From positions 987 to 64,986 of the forward strand of contig CABHOY010000052.1 in assembly GCA_902168105.1 (NCBI GenBank): a DNA stretch of 64,000 nt, given 5' to 3'. The DNA is from an uncultured Flavihumibacter sp. (GTDB lineage Bacteria > Bacteroidota > Bacteroidia > Chitinophagales > Chitinophagaceae). Shown here one piece after another: positions 1 to 10,266 of this stretch (the first letter of the stretch is position 1; the number at the start of each line of letters is the position of its first letter). A program made the translations under genes and the position numbers. The notes beneath the pieces were generated by a model. That model saw only the letters and a list, made by a program, of their open reading frames with translations. It made no database searches and was not told the DNA's origin.

Positions 1-24
1 AAACACCCGTTGTTTAACGATAAT

Positions 25-56
25 AAAAAAGCCCGGCCTGCTCACGCAGGCCGGGC
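25..56 (-). terminator. Rho-independent terminator of the ferritin gene
   Basis: 11-bp stem gcccggcctgc/gcaggccgggc with 4-nt loop, flanked by A6 on + (U6 on -), 21 nt after the ferritin stop. Confidence 0.85.
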
Positions 57-77
57 CGTAAATATCTGTAAATCAGT

Positions 78-575
78 CTATTGCTGATCCATTGTCATAA
101 TATCGCGGTCAAACAGGTATAAACCGCTCTTATCATCGCCTATCATCTCAAGCTTGTCGTTACACTCCCTGGCCAGGCGCTCCTCCTCAATCTGCTCATT
201 TACATACCATTGCAGAAAATTATGAGTAGCATAATCCTTTTCCTGCAGGGAAATGTCCACCAACTCATTGATGCTCTCACTTACCTTCACCTCGTGCGCA
301 AAAAGCTCTTCGAAAGCTTTTTTCAGAGATACAAAGGTGAGGACCGGTTGTGCTAATGCCGGAACAACTGCAAAACCACCCCGCTCGTTGATATAATGGA
401 TCAGCTTCAGCATATGGAAACGTTCCTCATCGCTGTGCTTGAAAAAAAACTTCGTTACGCCTTTCAGACCGGGCTGGATATCTGCCCAACTGCCCATTGC
501 CAGATAAGCCTGGGATGACTGTGCTTCCATTAACACCTGCCGGTTCAGGGCTTCTTGTATTCTTTGTGACAACAT
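78..575 (-). CDS. ftnA: Non-heme ferritin
   Basis: 165 aa; LNRQVLMEAQSSQAYLAM, EERFHMLKL and FLQWYVNEQIEEE ferroxidase-centre motifs. Confidence 0.92.
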   Translation of the reverse strand: MLSQRIQEALNRQVLMEAQSSQAYLAMGSWADIQPGLKGVTKFFFKHSDEERFHMLKLIHYINERGGFAVVPALAQPVLTFVSLKKAFEELFAHEVKVSESINELVDISLQEKDYATHNFLQWYVNEQIEEERLARECNDKLEMIGDDKSGLYLFDRDIMTMDQQ

Positions 576-675
576 ATTATTCGCTTTTAGGGTGAAAAAT
601 TGAATAAGCTAAATGTACTAAATTTCCAGAGCCCGCTGAAATCCCACAACTCAATTAGTATTGAAAACCATTGTA

Positions 676-1005
676 TTATTTAATAAAGTCTTCGCGATGC
701 GGACTAAAAACGTCTATCAGTACGCCAGGTTCCAGGCACAATGCCCCATGTACCACATGCGGCGGAATGTAATAGGCATCCCCTGCCTTCAGGACCTTTT
801 TCTCCCCGTCAATGGTGATCTCAAAAACACCACTTTCCACATGAGAGATCTGTGAGTGGTAATGCTCATGCAATGCTCCTATCGCTCCTTGCTGAAACTC
901 CACTTTTACCAGCATCAATTGCTCATTATAGGCCATTATCTTCCTGCGGATGCCCACATCGGGCGTTTCCCATTGAATATGCTCGTCTTTTATAAATAGG
1001 TCCAT
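676..1005 (-). CDS. Cupin-2 domain protein (KdgF-like, pectin-degradation associated family)
   Basis: 109 aa; cupin motifs GALHEHYHSQISHVESG and YIPPHVVHG; GIRRKIMAY N-terminus typical of KdgF-like cupins. Confidence 0.8.
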   Translation of the reverse strand: MDLFIKDEHIQWETPDVGIRRKIMAYNEQLMLVKVEFQQGAIGALHEHYHSQISHVESGVFEITIDGEKKVLKAGDAYYIPPHVVHGALCLEPGVLIDVFSPHREDFIK

Positions 1006-1179
1006 TTCGGGTTATTTTAAGCGCCCCAGCAGCGCGCTTCACAGGCCTGTTAAAATGAAATAGCCCATAGCGCACCGTTCCTGTTGCCGTTTTCTTAGCT
1101 TACCAAGTTAATCATTGATCTGCTAATAACTATACAACAATTTCGATCTCTATGGACTATCTTAAATAAATATCCGGAA

Positions 1180-2313
1180 CTATTTCAGTAGCTCACTCAA
1201 ACGTTTATCCAGCTCTTCTCCTCTCAGGTTTTTAGCCACGATCTTACCCTGCGGGTCAAGCAGGAAATTCTGCGGCACGGACCTTACTCCATACATCTTA
1301 GCCACCGCATTGTCCCAGAATTTCAGATCCGATACATGCGTCCAGGTGAGGTTATCCTTATGGATCGCCTTCAGCCAGGCATCATGTCCGGTCGGCTGGT
1401 CTAATGACACGCTAAGAATAGTGAACTGTTTGTCTTTGTGGTTGTTATACGCAGCCACTACATGCGGGTTCTCTGCACGGCAGGGACCACACCAGGACGC
1501 CCAGAAGTCAACCAATACATATTTACCACGGAAGTCCTTCAGGTTCACTGGTTTACCCAGCGTATCGTTCTGAGTGAACAGCGGCGCTTCTGCTCCAACG
1601 GCAGTGCTCTTCCAGCTGGTCAGCAACTTCTCATATTCCATTCCGTTTTTGCTCTTTTTAACGCTGGCGTCCAGGCCGTTGAACATGCCTTCTATCTGTC
1701 CGATATCATCAGGCATACCACCTGAATATTGCTGTAAAGCATCCAGGCTGATAACAGATTTAGGATTGTTCTTCACAAAGTCCGCATAAATAGCCTTCTC
1801 CTGCTTACGGAGTTCTTCCACCTTCTGGTCCAGGTACTGACGGAACTCAACAGAGCCGCGTTTCTCGTCGTCAGCAGCCATATATTCTGCATTCAGCTGT
1901 CCGTAAATTGTACCTAATGGCTTAAGCGCCTCCTGTAAACGCTGGTTATCAGCATTTACCGGGGAACCCGCAAAAGTAACTTTCTGCAGAGAGTCCGGGC
2001 TGGTCAGGGTAATAGTGCCTTTTTCAACATAGAAAATGATCATATCACGCTGCCTCGGGTCCGGCGATGGTGTGGCATGCTTCAATACCATCATAGCCTG
2101 GGAAGGCCCGTCTATCGTGCCCTTAAATTCAAATGCACCGTCTTTTAATACGGCAGAGTCCTTTACGTCTACGCCTGCCTGACGGTAAACAAGGTGTGCC
2201 TTCACTGGAGCGTTCCAGTTGCCAATCTTGCCTTTCAGTACAAAATCCCCTTTCTGAGCTAACAAAACACCGGGGGACAGCAGTAAGGTCAAGGCTGCTA
2301 ATAATCTGTTCAT
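1180..2313 (-). CDS. TlpA/AhpC-TSA family thiol-disulfide oxidoreductase with N-terminal DUF4369-like domain
   Basis: Signal peptide; LVDFWASWCGPC CxxC motif in the C-terminal thioredoxin fold. Confidence 0.88.
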   Translation of the reverse strand: MNRLLAALTLLLSPGVLLAQKGDFVLKGKIGNWNAPVKAHLVYRQAGVDVKDSAVLKDGAFEFKGTIDGPSQAMMVLKHATPSPDPRQRDMIIFYVEKGTITLTSPDSLQKVTFAGSPVNADNQRLQEALKPLGTIYGQLNAEYMAADDEKRGSVEFRQYLDQKVEELRKQEKAIYADFVKNNPKSVISLDALQQYSGGMPDDIGQIEGMFNGLDASVKKSKNGMEYEKLLTSWKSTAVGAEAPLFTQNDTLGKPVNLKDFRGKYVLVDFWASWCGPCRAENPHVVAAYNNHKDKQFTILSVSLDQPTGHDAWLKAIHKDNLTWTHVSDLKFWDNAVAKMYGVRSVPQNFLLDPQGKIVAKNLRGEELDKRLSELLK

Positions 2314-2435
2314 GCTTGGTTTGGTTTGATTTTATTCGAGTATCACTAAAAATAGTAAATAAATACGAAGACCAACTGCACCCGCTGGATAATCGGTCAA
2401 AACAGTATATGAAAAGGACCCGGATAGTATTGAAC

Positions 2436-2539
2436 CTATATCCTACAGGCATGTTACGCCGTAGTTACAGGCATATTCCTATATCGATCGATATAGGAAT
2501 ATGCCTGTAACTACGGCGTAACATGCCTGTAGGATATAG
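2436..2539. repeat. Perfect 104-bp palindrome (52-bp arms, no loop)
   Basis: 2436-2487 is the exact reverse complement of 2488-2539, checked base by base; centred on cgatcg. Confidence 0.97.
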
Positions 2540-2574
2540 CTCAGATCAAATTGATATGGAAACTGAAGCCTGCC

Positions 2575-3891
2575 TTACTCTATTCCCAGGTCCTTCTGGA
2601 TCTCTTCCAGCGACCGGCCCTTGGTTTCCGGCATCACCTTCCAGATGAACAGCAGCTGCAATAACATCATACCGCTATAGAACACGAAAGAGTAAAATCC
2701 GCCCATCTCACTGCCTGAAACTATGATCGGGAAACTCCAGGAGATCATAGCCGCCATGATCCAGTGGGTGAAACTGCCCAGCGCTCCTCCCTGCGATCTT
2801 ACAGAATTGGGGAAGATCTCAGAAATAAATACCCAGATCACCGCCCCCTGGGAGAACGCAAAGAAGGCTATATACCCGATCAGGTAGATCAGCACATTAC
2901 CGCCGAGATGAGCAGGGTCTTTGAACGCGTAGGCCGTGAGGCCCAGGAACAGGATCATCCCCAGAGAGCCGATCAGCAACAAGGTCTTCCGGCCGAATTT
3001 ATCGATAACCGTCATCGCCAGTAAAGTGAACACCAAATTGGCCGCGCCAATATAAACCGGCTGCAGGTAGGCATCCTCCTTGCTGAAACCCGCCATTTCA
3101 AAAATACGGGGCGCATAATACAGGATGGCGTTAATGCCCGACAGCTGATTGAACATCGCCAGCAATACAGCATAAAGGATCGGTTTGGCATATCGTGCCT
3201 GAAAGAGGTTCTCCTGATGCGTTTTAACCGATTCCCTGATGGCCGTTATAGCGCCCGGAATGTCCACTTCCTGTAAGCGCTGCATAATAGGCACTGCTTC
3301 CGACTCCCGGTTATTAAGTATCAGCCAGCGTGGACTTTCAGGAATAATTCTCAGTAATATCCAGAATAGACCGGCCGGTACTACCATGATACCCAGCATC
3401 CAGCGCCAGGCTTCATCTCCCATACCTACAAACAGGAAGTTGGTCAGGTAAGCAACACAGATCCCGCCTACGATATTCAGCTGGAAAGATCCCGCCAGCC
3501 TGCCACGCAACTGCGCCGGAGAGATCTCTGAAATATACATTGGCCCTACTACCGACGAGGCGCCAACGGCAATACCTGACATAAAGCGGAACAATATAAA
3601 TAATAACCATGCAGATACAGAAGCACAGCCAATGGCAGAGAGAACATACAGGATAGCAATGGCCTGCAATACTTTCTTACGGCCATAGATACGAGCAGGA
3701 ACACCTACCACCAGGGAACCGAGTACAGTTCCTAACAAACTGGAAGCTACCGTAAACCCAAGCCAGAAAGGACTGAGGTCCCATAGTTTCATGAGCGTCT
3801 TTTCCGCACCGGATATAACAATTGTTTCAAAACCAAACAGGAAACCGCCTAATGCGGCTATCAGAGCAATTCTAACAGGATAAGAAAACAT
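2575..3891 (-). CDS. Sugar porter family MFS transporter (XylE/AraE-like)
   Basis: 12 hydrophobic segments; GGFLFGFET, YGRK/FGRK loops, PESPRWL, QLSGINAILYY and PETKGRSLEEI motifs. Confidence 0.93.
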   Translation of the reverse strand: MFSYPVRIALIAALGGFLFGFETIVISGAEKTLMKLWDLSPFWLGFTVASSLLGTVLGSLVVGVPARIYGRKKVLQAIAILYVLSAIGCASVSAWLLFILFRFMSGIAVGASSVVGPMYISEISPAQLRGRLAGSFQLNIVGGICVAYLTNFLFVGMGDEAWRWMLGIMVVPAGLFWILLRIIPESPRWLILNNRESEAVPIMQRLQEVDIPGAITAIRESVKTHQENLFQARYAKPILYAVLLAMFNQLSGINAILYYAPRIFEMAGFSKEDAYLQPVYIGAANLVFTLLAMTVIDKFGRKTLLLIGSLGMILFLGLTAYAFKDPAHLGGNVLIYLIGYIAFFAFSQGAVIWVFISEIFPNSVRSQGGALGSFTHWIMAAMISWSFPIIVSGSEMGGFYSFVFYSGMMLLQLLFIWKVMPETKGRSLEEIQKDLGIE

Positions 3892-4046
3892 GAGTGAAAT
3901 TTATTGTGATTATTTGTGGAGCCGTGGTTGATCATAACGTTTTACTAGAAGGGAAAAAAGTAAACATAAAAAACGGTAAAAACAAACCTCCCATATTTGA
4001 AATTCTTATCGCTGTTACGGGTAGCCATATCCGCTGCCCCTGATAC

Positions 4047-4088
4047 AAAAAAAAGCTGTCCGCGCTATTTGTAACAGCGCGTGACAGC
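4047..4088 (-). terminator. Terminator after aldo/keto reductase
   Basis: gctgtc-cgcgct / agcgcg-t-gacagc stem with an A8 run on + (U-tract on -). Confidence 0.7.
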
Positions 4089-4111
4089 GTTTGCACACAA
4101 TCAGATGATCG

Positions 4112-4957
4112 TTATTTTGATAACTGGTCGAATTCTTCGTCGGTCAGCTCTATCTCACCTGCAGCCAGGTTCTCTTCCAGATGTTTTACAGAGCTGGTAC
4201 CTGGTATCAGCAGGATATTGTCTGCACGTTTCAGCAACCATGCCAGTGCTATCTGCGCAGTAGTTGCATTGTATTTAGCAGCGATCTTACTGATCTTATC
4301 AGCCAGTGCGTCCGGGCCTGAGGCCAGCGGGAACCACGGAATAAACGCGAGACCACGTTCAGCCGTATAATCCACAATCTCCTCCCATTGACGGTTACCC
4401 AGATTGTAGAGGTTTTGCACAGATACGACAGGCAATATTTTTTCAACCTGTTCGATCTGTTCAATCGTTACTTCCGATAAACCTACGTACCTGATCTTTC
4501 CTGCCTTTACTGCTTCTACAACAGGGACCAGGGTTTCCTCTACCGGTACGTTAGGGTCAATACGATGCAGTTGCCAAAGGTCGATAGTATCTACCTTTAA
4601 GCGTTTCAGACTACCCTCAATGTTTTCACGGATGAAGGCCGGAGTACCATCAGGCGTCCATTGATTAGGGCCTGAACGGCCAAACCCGCCTTTGGTGGCG
4701 ATGATCAGGTCTTCTTTGTAAGGATAGAGCGCATCTGCGATCAATGATTCATTAAACTTTGGCCCATATGCTTCTGCAGTATCGATGAAATTTACACCAC
4801 CGGCTACAGCAGCCTGCAGTACTTTCTTCGCATTCTCGCGATCAGCTACTTCTCCCCATACGCCTGTTCCTGTCAATTGCATTCCCCCGTAACCAAGACG
4901 GTTGATCTCAAGCTGGCCCCCTAAACTGAAGGTCAGGTTCTTTGTGCTTGTTGCCAT
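4112..4957 (-). CDS. Aldo/keto reductase
   Basis: LGYGGMQL, NFIDTAEAYG, IDLWQLHRID and LIPGTSSVKHLEEN motifs; start placed at MATSTKNL (4957) rather than the ORF-track start. Confidence 0.9.
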   Translation of the reverse strand: MATSTKNLTFSLGGQLEINRLGYGGMQLTGTGVWGEVADRENAKKVLQAAVAGGVNFIDTAEAYGPKFNESLIADALYPYKEDLIIATKGGFGRSGPNQWTPDGTPAFIRENIEGSLKRLKVDTIDLWQLHRIDPNVPVEETLVPVVEAVKAGKIRYVGLSEVTIEQIEQVEKILPVVSVQNLYNLGNRQWEEIVDYTAERGLAFIPWFPLASGPDALADKISKIAAKYNATTAQIALAWLLKRADNILLIPGTSSVKHLEENLAAGEIELTDEEFDQLSK

Positions 4958-5320
4958 TTTACATGTTTTAATAATCAATCCTGAAATGTAATATGATAGT
5001 TCTGTTACGTTATGTCTGTTTACAAGTACGCTATCTGCATCAATAAACATACCTGCCCATATTATGGTTGAGCGCACCAGTGAACTATCTTCTTAAATAG
5101 CTGATATATCAACGAACCAGCATTTACTCAAACTGACTGATCATTCATTTTGTTCAGTTTGACTGCACAAAGATGAGGTGTTTAGAAAAAGCAGCGATTA
5201 GCAAAAACAAATGTTTTCTTATGAATATCAAAGATGGGGGGAATTAAAAATGCTCACTTATCACAACTGCCTGGCAGCATGATAAGTGAGCAACTTTATT
5301 CATTAATAACTTAATTCAAT

Positions 5321-7759
5321 TTACATTGCCGTAAACACATACGTTTTCCCCTTCTCGGTGGCCACATCATACAAACTAGTCTCAGCAAACTCCAAAGGCT
5401 TCACATCCTTACTATGTATCAATGCCTCCGCTACAGGCGTTACCTGGTAGAAAGGATTACTATTCTCTCCACTTGCCTTCTTCAATTCCTGTGCTGCTTT
5501 TAACGGCTGATTACTTCTGATCCGGCAATTACCCCCCAATGTAGATTTAATCACCAGTTTAGTAATTTTCCCTTCCTGCCATACCAGCTCTTCCACTTCA
5601 AATCCACCTCTTGCACGCAGCCCCTTTATACTACCTGTTTTCCATTGTGATGGAAGCGCCGGTAAAACATAGATCGCTCCATCATGACTTTGCATCAGCA
5701 TTTCCGTAATACCGGAAGTACAACCGAAGTTACCATCAATCTGGAAAGGCGCATGTGCATCAAACAAATTCGTATAAGTGCCGCCACCGTGTTTTCCAAC
5801 AGGACTTAGCTGATTGCTGATCAGTTTCATGGCATGTTCTCCATTTCGTAATCTGGCCCACCAATTCACTTTCCATCCCATACTCCAACCGGTAGAAACG
5901 TCACCACGTTGTATCAACGTTGTATTGGCGGCACTGGCCAGTAACGGCGTACGGTCTGGCGATATCTGTGAAGAAGGATACAGGCCATACAAATGTGAAA
6001 TATGGCGGTGCTCATCCTTCGGATTATCTACATCGTCGATCCACTCCTGCAATTGTCCGTACTGACCGATCTGCATTGGCGGCAGGCGCTTGCGCACTGT
6101 CCGCAAAGTATCTACCAACGCTGCATCTTTACCAAGTATATCAGCCGCATTAATAGCAGCGCTTAATGCATCAAAAACGATCTGGTTATCCATCGTACAA
6201 CCGGCATCGAAATAAACGCCAGGCCTGGAGGCTGGTGAGTTCTCAGGAGAATTACCCGGGTTCACCACGAGGTATTTTCTTTTAGGGTCTTCCACCAGAT
6301 CATCCACAAAGAACAACGCTGCGCCTTTGATAGCAGGATATACATCCGCCAGATAACGTTTATCCCCATTGTAGAGATAACGCTCCCACAGATGCTGTGC
6401 CAGCCAGGCGCCTCCCATGCTCCAGATACCCCAGTAGATCTTATCTACCGGCCCGGTTATACGCCATAGGTCCGTATTATGATGAGCCACCCATCCCCTG
6501 GCGCCATAAAGGGTACGTGCAGTGCCCTGGCCGGTTACAGAGAGTTCCTTGACCATTTGTACCAGCGGCTCATGCATTTCCGGCAGATTATCTTTTTCCG
6601 CCGGCCAGTAGTTCATTTCAGTATTGATATTGATGGTGTATTTACTATCCCATGGTGGTCTCATTTCTCCATTCCACAGTCCTTGCAATGTGGCTGGTTG
6701 CCCGCCAGGCTGGGAACAGGAGATCAACAGGTAACGGCCGAACTGAAAATAAAGCGATACAAACTGCGGGTCATATGCTTTTGAGAAATTAGCCAGCCTT
6801 ACGTCAGTAGGCTCTTTCGATGCGTCCGACGTACCCAGGTCGATCTTCACACGATCAAAATAACGTTGGTACGCAAGCGTATGCGATCTCACTAAAACAG
6901 CATAAGGTTGTTTTACCGCGATATTCAACGCGTCCGTTGCACGCTTTACAGCATTAGCACTAAGGTCTTTGTAATTCACATAGTTGGTGGCCATGGAAAT
7001 AAAGATCAACGCGCTGTTGGCATTCTTCACCGTAATAAGCGTATCGCCTGTAACAACGCTGCCACCTGAAGCAATCACCCTTGCAATACCGCTGAACTGC
7101 ACCTTTCCTTCCACACCCTCATGACTGCCGGTTGTTCCATTAACAGTAAGGTCCTTTCCTGCTGCTTTTACAGCCGCATTTTTCTGTGGCGTGGTCAGAT
7201 AAGCAGAGAAGCCCAGCGCGCCCGGTTCACTGCTGCTAAGCCGTACTATAATAGCCTGTGCAGGCACTGATGCAAATACCTCCCGGGTATATTGTACGCC
7301 ATTTACAGTGTACGTCGTCTTTGCGATCGCCGTTTTAATATCGAGCTCCCGGTAGTAATCCTGGTACTGCTCATGCCCCGGAAATGCCAGGTGCAAATTA
7401 CCTACAGGCTGGTACATTTGTCCGTGGGAAGTTTTACTCTGGATCTTTTCCACAGCCAGCTCCTGTGCTTCCTTATACTTGCCGTCAAAGATCAATTGCC
7501 GGATAGTGGGCAATGCCGCCAGGGCATCCGGATTATCATTGCGGTTCGGACTACCTGTCCATACCGTGCCTTCATTCAGCTGAATGACCTCTTCGGCCGG
7601 ATTACCGAATACCATTCCACCCAGGCGTCCGTTCCCCACAGGGAGCGCTGCAGTCCATATATTGCCGGCAGGTTGCCGGTACCATAACTTTAATTCTTGC
7701 TGGGCAAATGAAAACAGTGGTAAAATGCCGCCTATTATAAGCAGGGCTGTTCTTTTCAT
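5321..7759 (-). CDS. GH95 family alpha-L-fucosidase/alpha-L-galactosidase
   Basis: [56 protein letters not shown] and PFQIDGNFG motifs; start at MKRTALL (signal peptide). Confidence 0.93.
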   Translation of the reverse strand: MKRTALLIIGGILPLFSFAQQELKLWYRQPAGNIWTAALPVGNGRLGGMVFGNPAEEVIQLNEGTVWTGSPNRNDNPDALAALPTIRQLIFDGKYKEAQELAVEKIQSKTSHGQMYQPVGNLHLAFPGHEQYQDYYRELDIKTAIAKTTYTVNGVQYTREVFASVPAQAIIVRLSSSEPGALGFSAYLTTPQKNAAVKAAGKDLTVNGTTGSHEGVEGKVQFSGIARVIASGGSVVTGDTLITVKNANSALIFISMATNYVNYKDLSANAVKRATDALNIAVKQPYAVLVRSHTLAYQRYFDRVKIDLGTSDASKEPTDVRLANFSKAYDPQFVSLYFQFGRYLLISCSQPGGQPATLQGLWNGEMRPPWDSKYTININTEMNYWPAEKDNLPEMHEPLVQMVKELSVTGQGTARTLYGARGWVAHHNTDLWRITGPVDKIYWGIWSMGGAWLAQHLWERYLYNGDKRYLADVYPAIKGAALFFVDDLVEDPKRKYLVVNPGNSPENSPASRPGVYFDAGCTMDNQIVFDALSAAINAADILGKDAALVDTLRTVRKRLPPMQIGQYGQLQEWIDDVDNPKDEHRHISHLYGLYPSSQISPDRTPLLASAANTTLIQRGDVSTGWSMGWKVNWWARLRNGEHAMKLISNQLSPVGKHGGGTYTNLFDAHAPFQIDGNFGCTSGITEMLMQSHDGAIYVLPALPSQWKTGSIKGLRARGGFEVEELVWQEGKITKLVIKSTLGGNCRIRSNQPLKAAQELKKASGENSNPFYQVTPVAEALIHSKDVKPLEFAETSLYDVATEKGKTYVFTAM

Positions 7760-7862
7760 AACTGGATAAGTGTTAGACCTATAAAAGATCAGCCATGCCT
7801 GTTTACAGTTCATGGCTGGGAATATTGTATGGGATAGCAAAATACAAACGATGGACTACGAA

Positions 7863-7917
7863 TGCAAACCGCCTGTAAATAATAATTGTAGTTTTAACAC
7901 ATAAATGTCGGTTTGCA
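7863..7917. promoter_or_regulatory. Inverted 9-bp pair TGCAAACCG ... CGGTTTGCA upstream of GH95
   Basis: Exact 9-bp inverted repeat separated by 37 bp in the GH39-GH95 intergenic region; resembles the half-site of the 9791-9804 palindrome. Confidence 0.35.
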
Positions 7918-7976
7918 GGGAACAACTAAGGGGAAAACAAATTAATCAGCATGCGATCTACCGGTAACGATATCCT

Positions 7977-9626
7977 TTAATGTGTTTCATCGATCAGCAT
8001 AACATCCCACGGTTGCAATGTTTTACTGATCAATAGTACGCCGGCATTACTCGACAATACCTGTTCCTCCCTCACCGCCATTGCCATCTTCTGCATAGTC
8101 TTCAACGGTTCGCCTGTTAGTGCCTCCGGATTACCGCCTTCTTTCCAGGCATTGAGCGCATTACCATTTTCTTTGTCCAGTATTTCCACGTTAAACGTTG
8201 CATCCTTATTTGTGTTCATAAGCTTAAACGTAAAATCGCGTGGCTCACCCAGCTTAAGTGTACTAGCCACTACATCATCCGCACCAAAAGGTGGCGAGGT
8301 TTTTAATCCTGCGGGATAGTTATACACCAGTGCAGTCAGCTTTTGTGTACTCTTATGCCTTGTCACTACAATACCGTCTTTATTATAAAGCAATTCATCG
8401 CCCAGGGCATGCAACATCCTGTAAGCATGAAAAGATGGTTTGGGAATACCCTGATAATTCAGCAATCCATATCCGCCTGAAAACGCTTGTCCGCCGGCAC
8501 CTTGCTCACCACAGTCCGTGAACGACCAGTAAGAAAGCGAGTCTGCCAGGCCAATACTATCCACATTGGCCTTCACAATATAAGCTGCTGTTGGCAATGC
8601 ATCATGCATGGCATCCCTGCCGGAAGAGCTGGTGCCCCATTCTGTAAGATGGATCTCTGCTTTTGGAAAAGCGCTTTTATCAACAACGGCCCTTAACCAC
8701 TGCAGATCTTTCAATGTTGCATCTACACCACGGCTACGGCCTTTGGTGCCATTGTAAGGGAAGTCGGTGGGATATGGATGGGTGGATATAAAATCGACCG
8801 GCGCCTGTTCCCGTTTGCAATATTCCAGGAAATCTTCGATCCACACGCCTTTCCACTTCAGGCTGTCCAGGTCTTCCGTACTACCTGACAGTATTTTTGA
8901 TTTATCTTCTGCTTCTCCGTCAAAGCGGCCGTCGCCTACAAAATTTCCGGTGGCCGGACCTCCTACTCTCAGTTGCGGAGATACAGCTTTCAGCGCCTGT
9001 GCAGTAGCTTTGTACATGGCGAAGTACTGGCTTTTGCTACCGTCCCACATACCTTTCTGGTTAGGTTCATTCCATACTTCAAAATACCAGGTGCTCACTT
9101 CATTCTGACCGAACTTTTCTATACAGTGTTTTGTAAAATTGGTGATGAGTTGTGACCATTTCGAGAAATCCGCCGGAGGCGATACATTCGCTTTCCACCA
9201 GAAGGCGGTACTGGCGCCACCAGCCATTTCCTTAGGGAAGAAACTCAACTCTACAAAGGGTTTCATTCCACTTTTCAATATCCTGTTGATGAGATCATCT
9301 ACCCGCAGCCAGTTATAAACACCGCCCTGGTAAACGGACATATCATCATGAAAGATGCCATGAAAACGGCAATATTCAAAGCCACAATGTTTCTTCGTGA
9401 ATTGCAGTTGTTCCAGCCAGGGACATCCGGGGCGGAATACTTCGCTGGCCCTGCCGGCGCCGACACATTTGCTCCAGAAATGCGAAAAGGTACGCCCCTG
9501 AATTTTGGTGTCAATAAGTAAAGGAGGCTGTTCTTCCCAGAATGAGCGGCCTGATACAATGCCTGGTAACAATACACCACCGGCAGCTGTAACAATAGCC
9601 TGCTTTAGAAAATTACGTCTTTCCAT
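7977..9626 (-). CDS. GH39 family glycoside hydrolase (beta-xylosidase-like), Tat signal
   Basis: FEYCRFHGIFHDDM, FEVWNEP (acid/base) and IHLTEWG (nucleophile) motifs; N-terminal ERRNFLK twin-arginine motif. Confidence 0.9.
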   Translation of the reverse strand: MERRNFLKQAIVTAAGGVLLPGIVSGRSFWEEQPPLLIDTKIQGRTFSHFWSKCVGAGRASEVFRPGCPWLEQLQFTKKHCGFEYCRFHGIFHDDMSVYQGGVYNWLRVDDLINRILKSGMKPFVELSFFPKEMAGGASTAFWWKANVSPPADFSKWSQLITNFTKHCIEKFGQNEVSTWYFEVWNEPNQKGMWDGSKSQYFAMYKATAQALKAVSPQLRVGGPATGNFVGDGRFDGEAEDKSKILSGSTEDLDSLKWKGVWIEDFLEYCKREQAPVDFISTHPYPTDFPYNGTKGRSRGVDATLKDLQWLRAVVDKSAFPKAEIHLTEWGTSSSGRDAMHDALPTAAYIVKANVDSIGLADSLSYWSFTDCGEQGAGGQAFSGGYGLLNYQGIPKPSFHAYRMLHALGDELLYNKDGIVVTRHKSTQKLTALVYNYPAGLKTSPPFGADDVVASTLKLGEPRDFTFKLMNTNKDATFNVEILDKENGNALNAWKEGGNPEALTGEPLKTMQKMAMAVREEQVLSSNAGVLLISKTLQPWDVMLIDETH

Positions 9627-9790
9627 GAGGTAAGGGTTAGTTAAAATATGCGGCTGCCCCCTGGTTTTTCATAGCGCGTGACGCTGCTCACATTAATACA
9701 GATCCGGGGATACAAGCCTCTTTTGATTGATAAAATTCCTATTGTGTAATCATAACTATTAATATACAATGTACGGTATTTTATGAAAAA

Positions 9791-9804
9791 CGCAAACGTT
9801 TGCG
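9791..9804. promoter_or_regulatory. Putative LacI-family operator CGCAAACGTTTGCG
   Basis: Perfect 14-bp palindrome with the AAACGTTT core typical of LacI operators, 165 nt upstream of GH39. Confidence 0.55.
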
Positions 9805-9883
9805 CAATTCATTGAATACAATACACATATAGACAATTTACTCCATGTTTACGATATATGCAAGGAAAGACGAAAGGATATTT

Positions 9884-10165
9884 TTAAAACATAACTGGTA
9901 CAGCATGAATTACTTGGCTCACTTCTGTTCTGATAGCAGGATCATTTTCCAGAATTGTGCATAACTCCGTATCTGATAATATTGATAATGAAACAAATAA
10001 CTCATCTTCATGCACCAGCCGCCCCCTTTGCAATACCTTTCCCCGTTGTCCCAGCTCATCATAGAATTCCTTTTGCGCCGCCAGGCAGGCTGCCCTGTCT
10101 TCACATGTCCAGTTTTTTCCTTTCTTAAAGAAAAGTAATACTCCATGTGGCTGTCCGTAGTTCAT
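9884..10165 (-). CDS. Small YciI-like (dimeric alpha-beta barrel) protein
   Basis: 93 aa; pattern RAACLAAQKEFYDELGQRGKVLQRGRL...ILENDPAI parallels YciI R..H...L..L...G.L...GP.....L..DP. Confidence 0.5.
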   Translation of the reverse strand: MNYGQPHGVLLFFKKGKNWTCEDRAACLAAQKEFYDELGQRGKVLQRGRLVHEDELFVSLSILSDTELCTILENDPAIRTEVSQVIHAVPVMF

Positions 10166-10174
10166 AAATAACTT

Positions 10175-10182
10175 TATTTTTG
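10175..10182 (+). promoter_or_regulatory. Bacteroidota sigma-70 -7 box (TATTTTTG) for the AraC gene
   Basis: Exact TAnnTTTG match 85 nt before the MNLMP start. Confidence 0.5.
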
Positions 10183-10266
10183 TACGAAGTTCCGGATCAG
10201 GCCTGTTTTCCTGCTAACGCAAACGGGACTATTATAGCCGCAAAAAGGACTAAACCTGCTTTTCTT

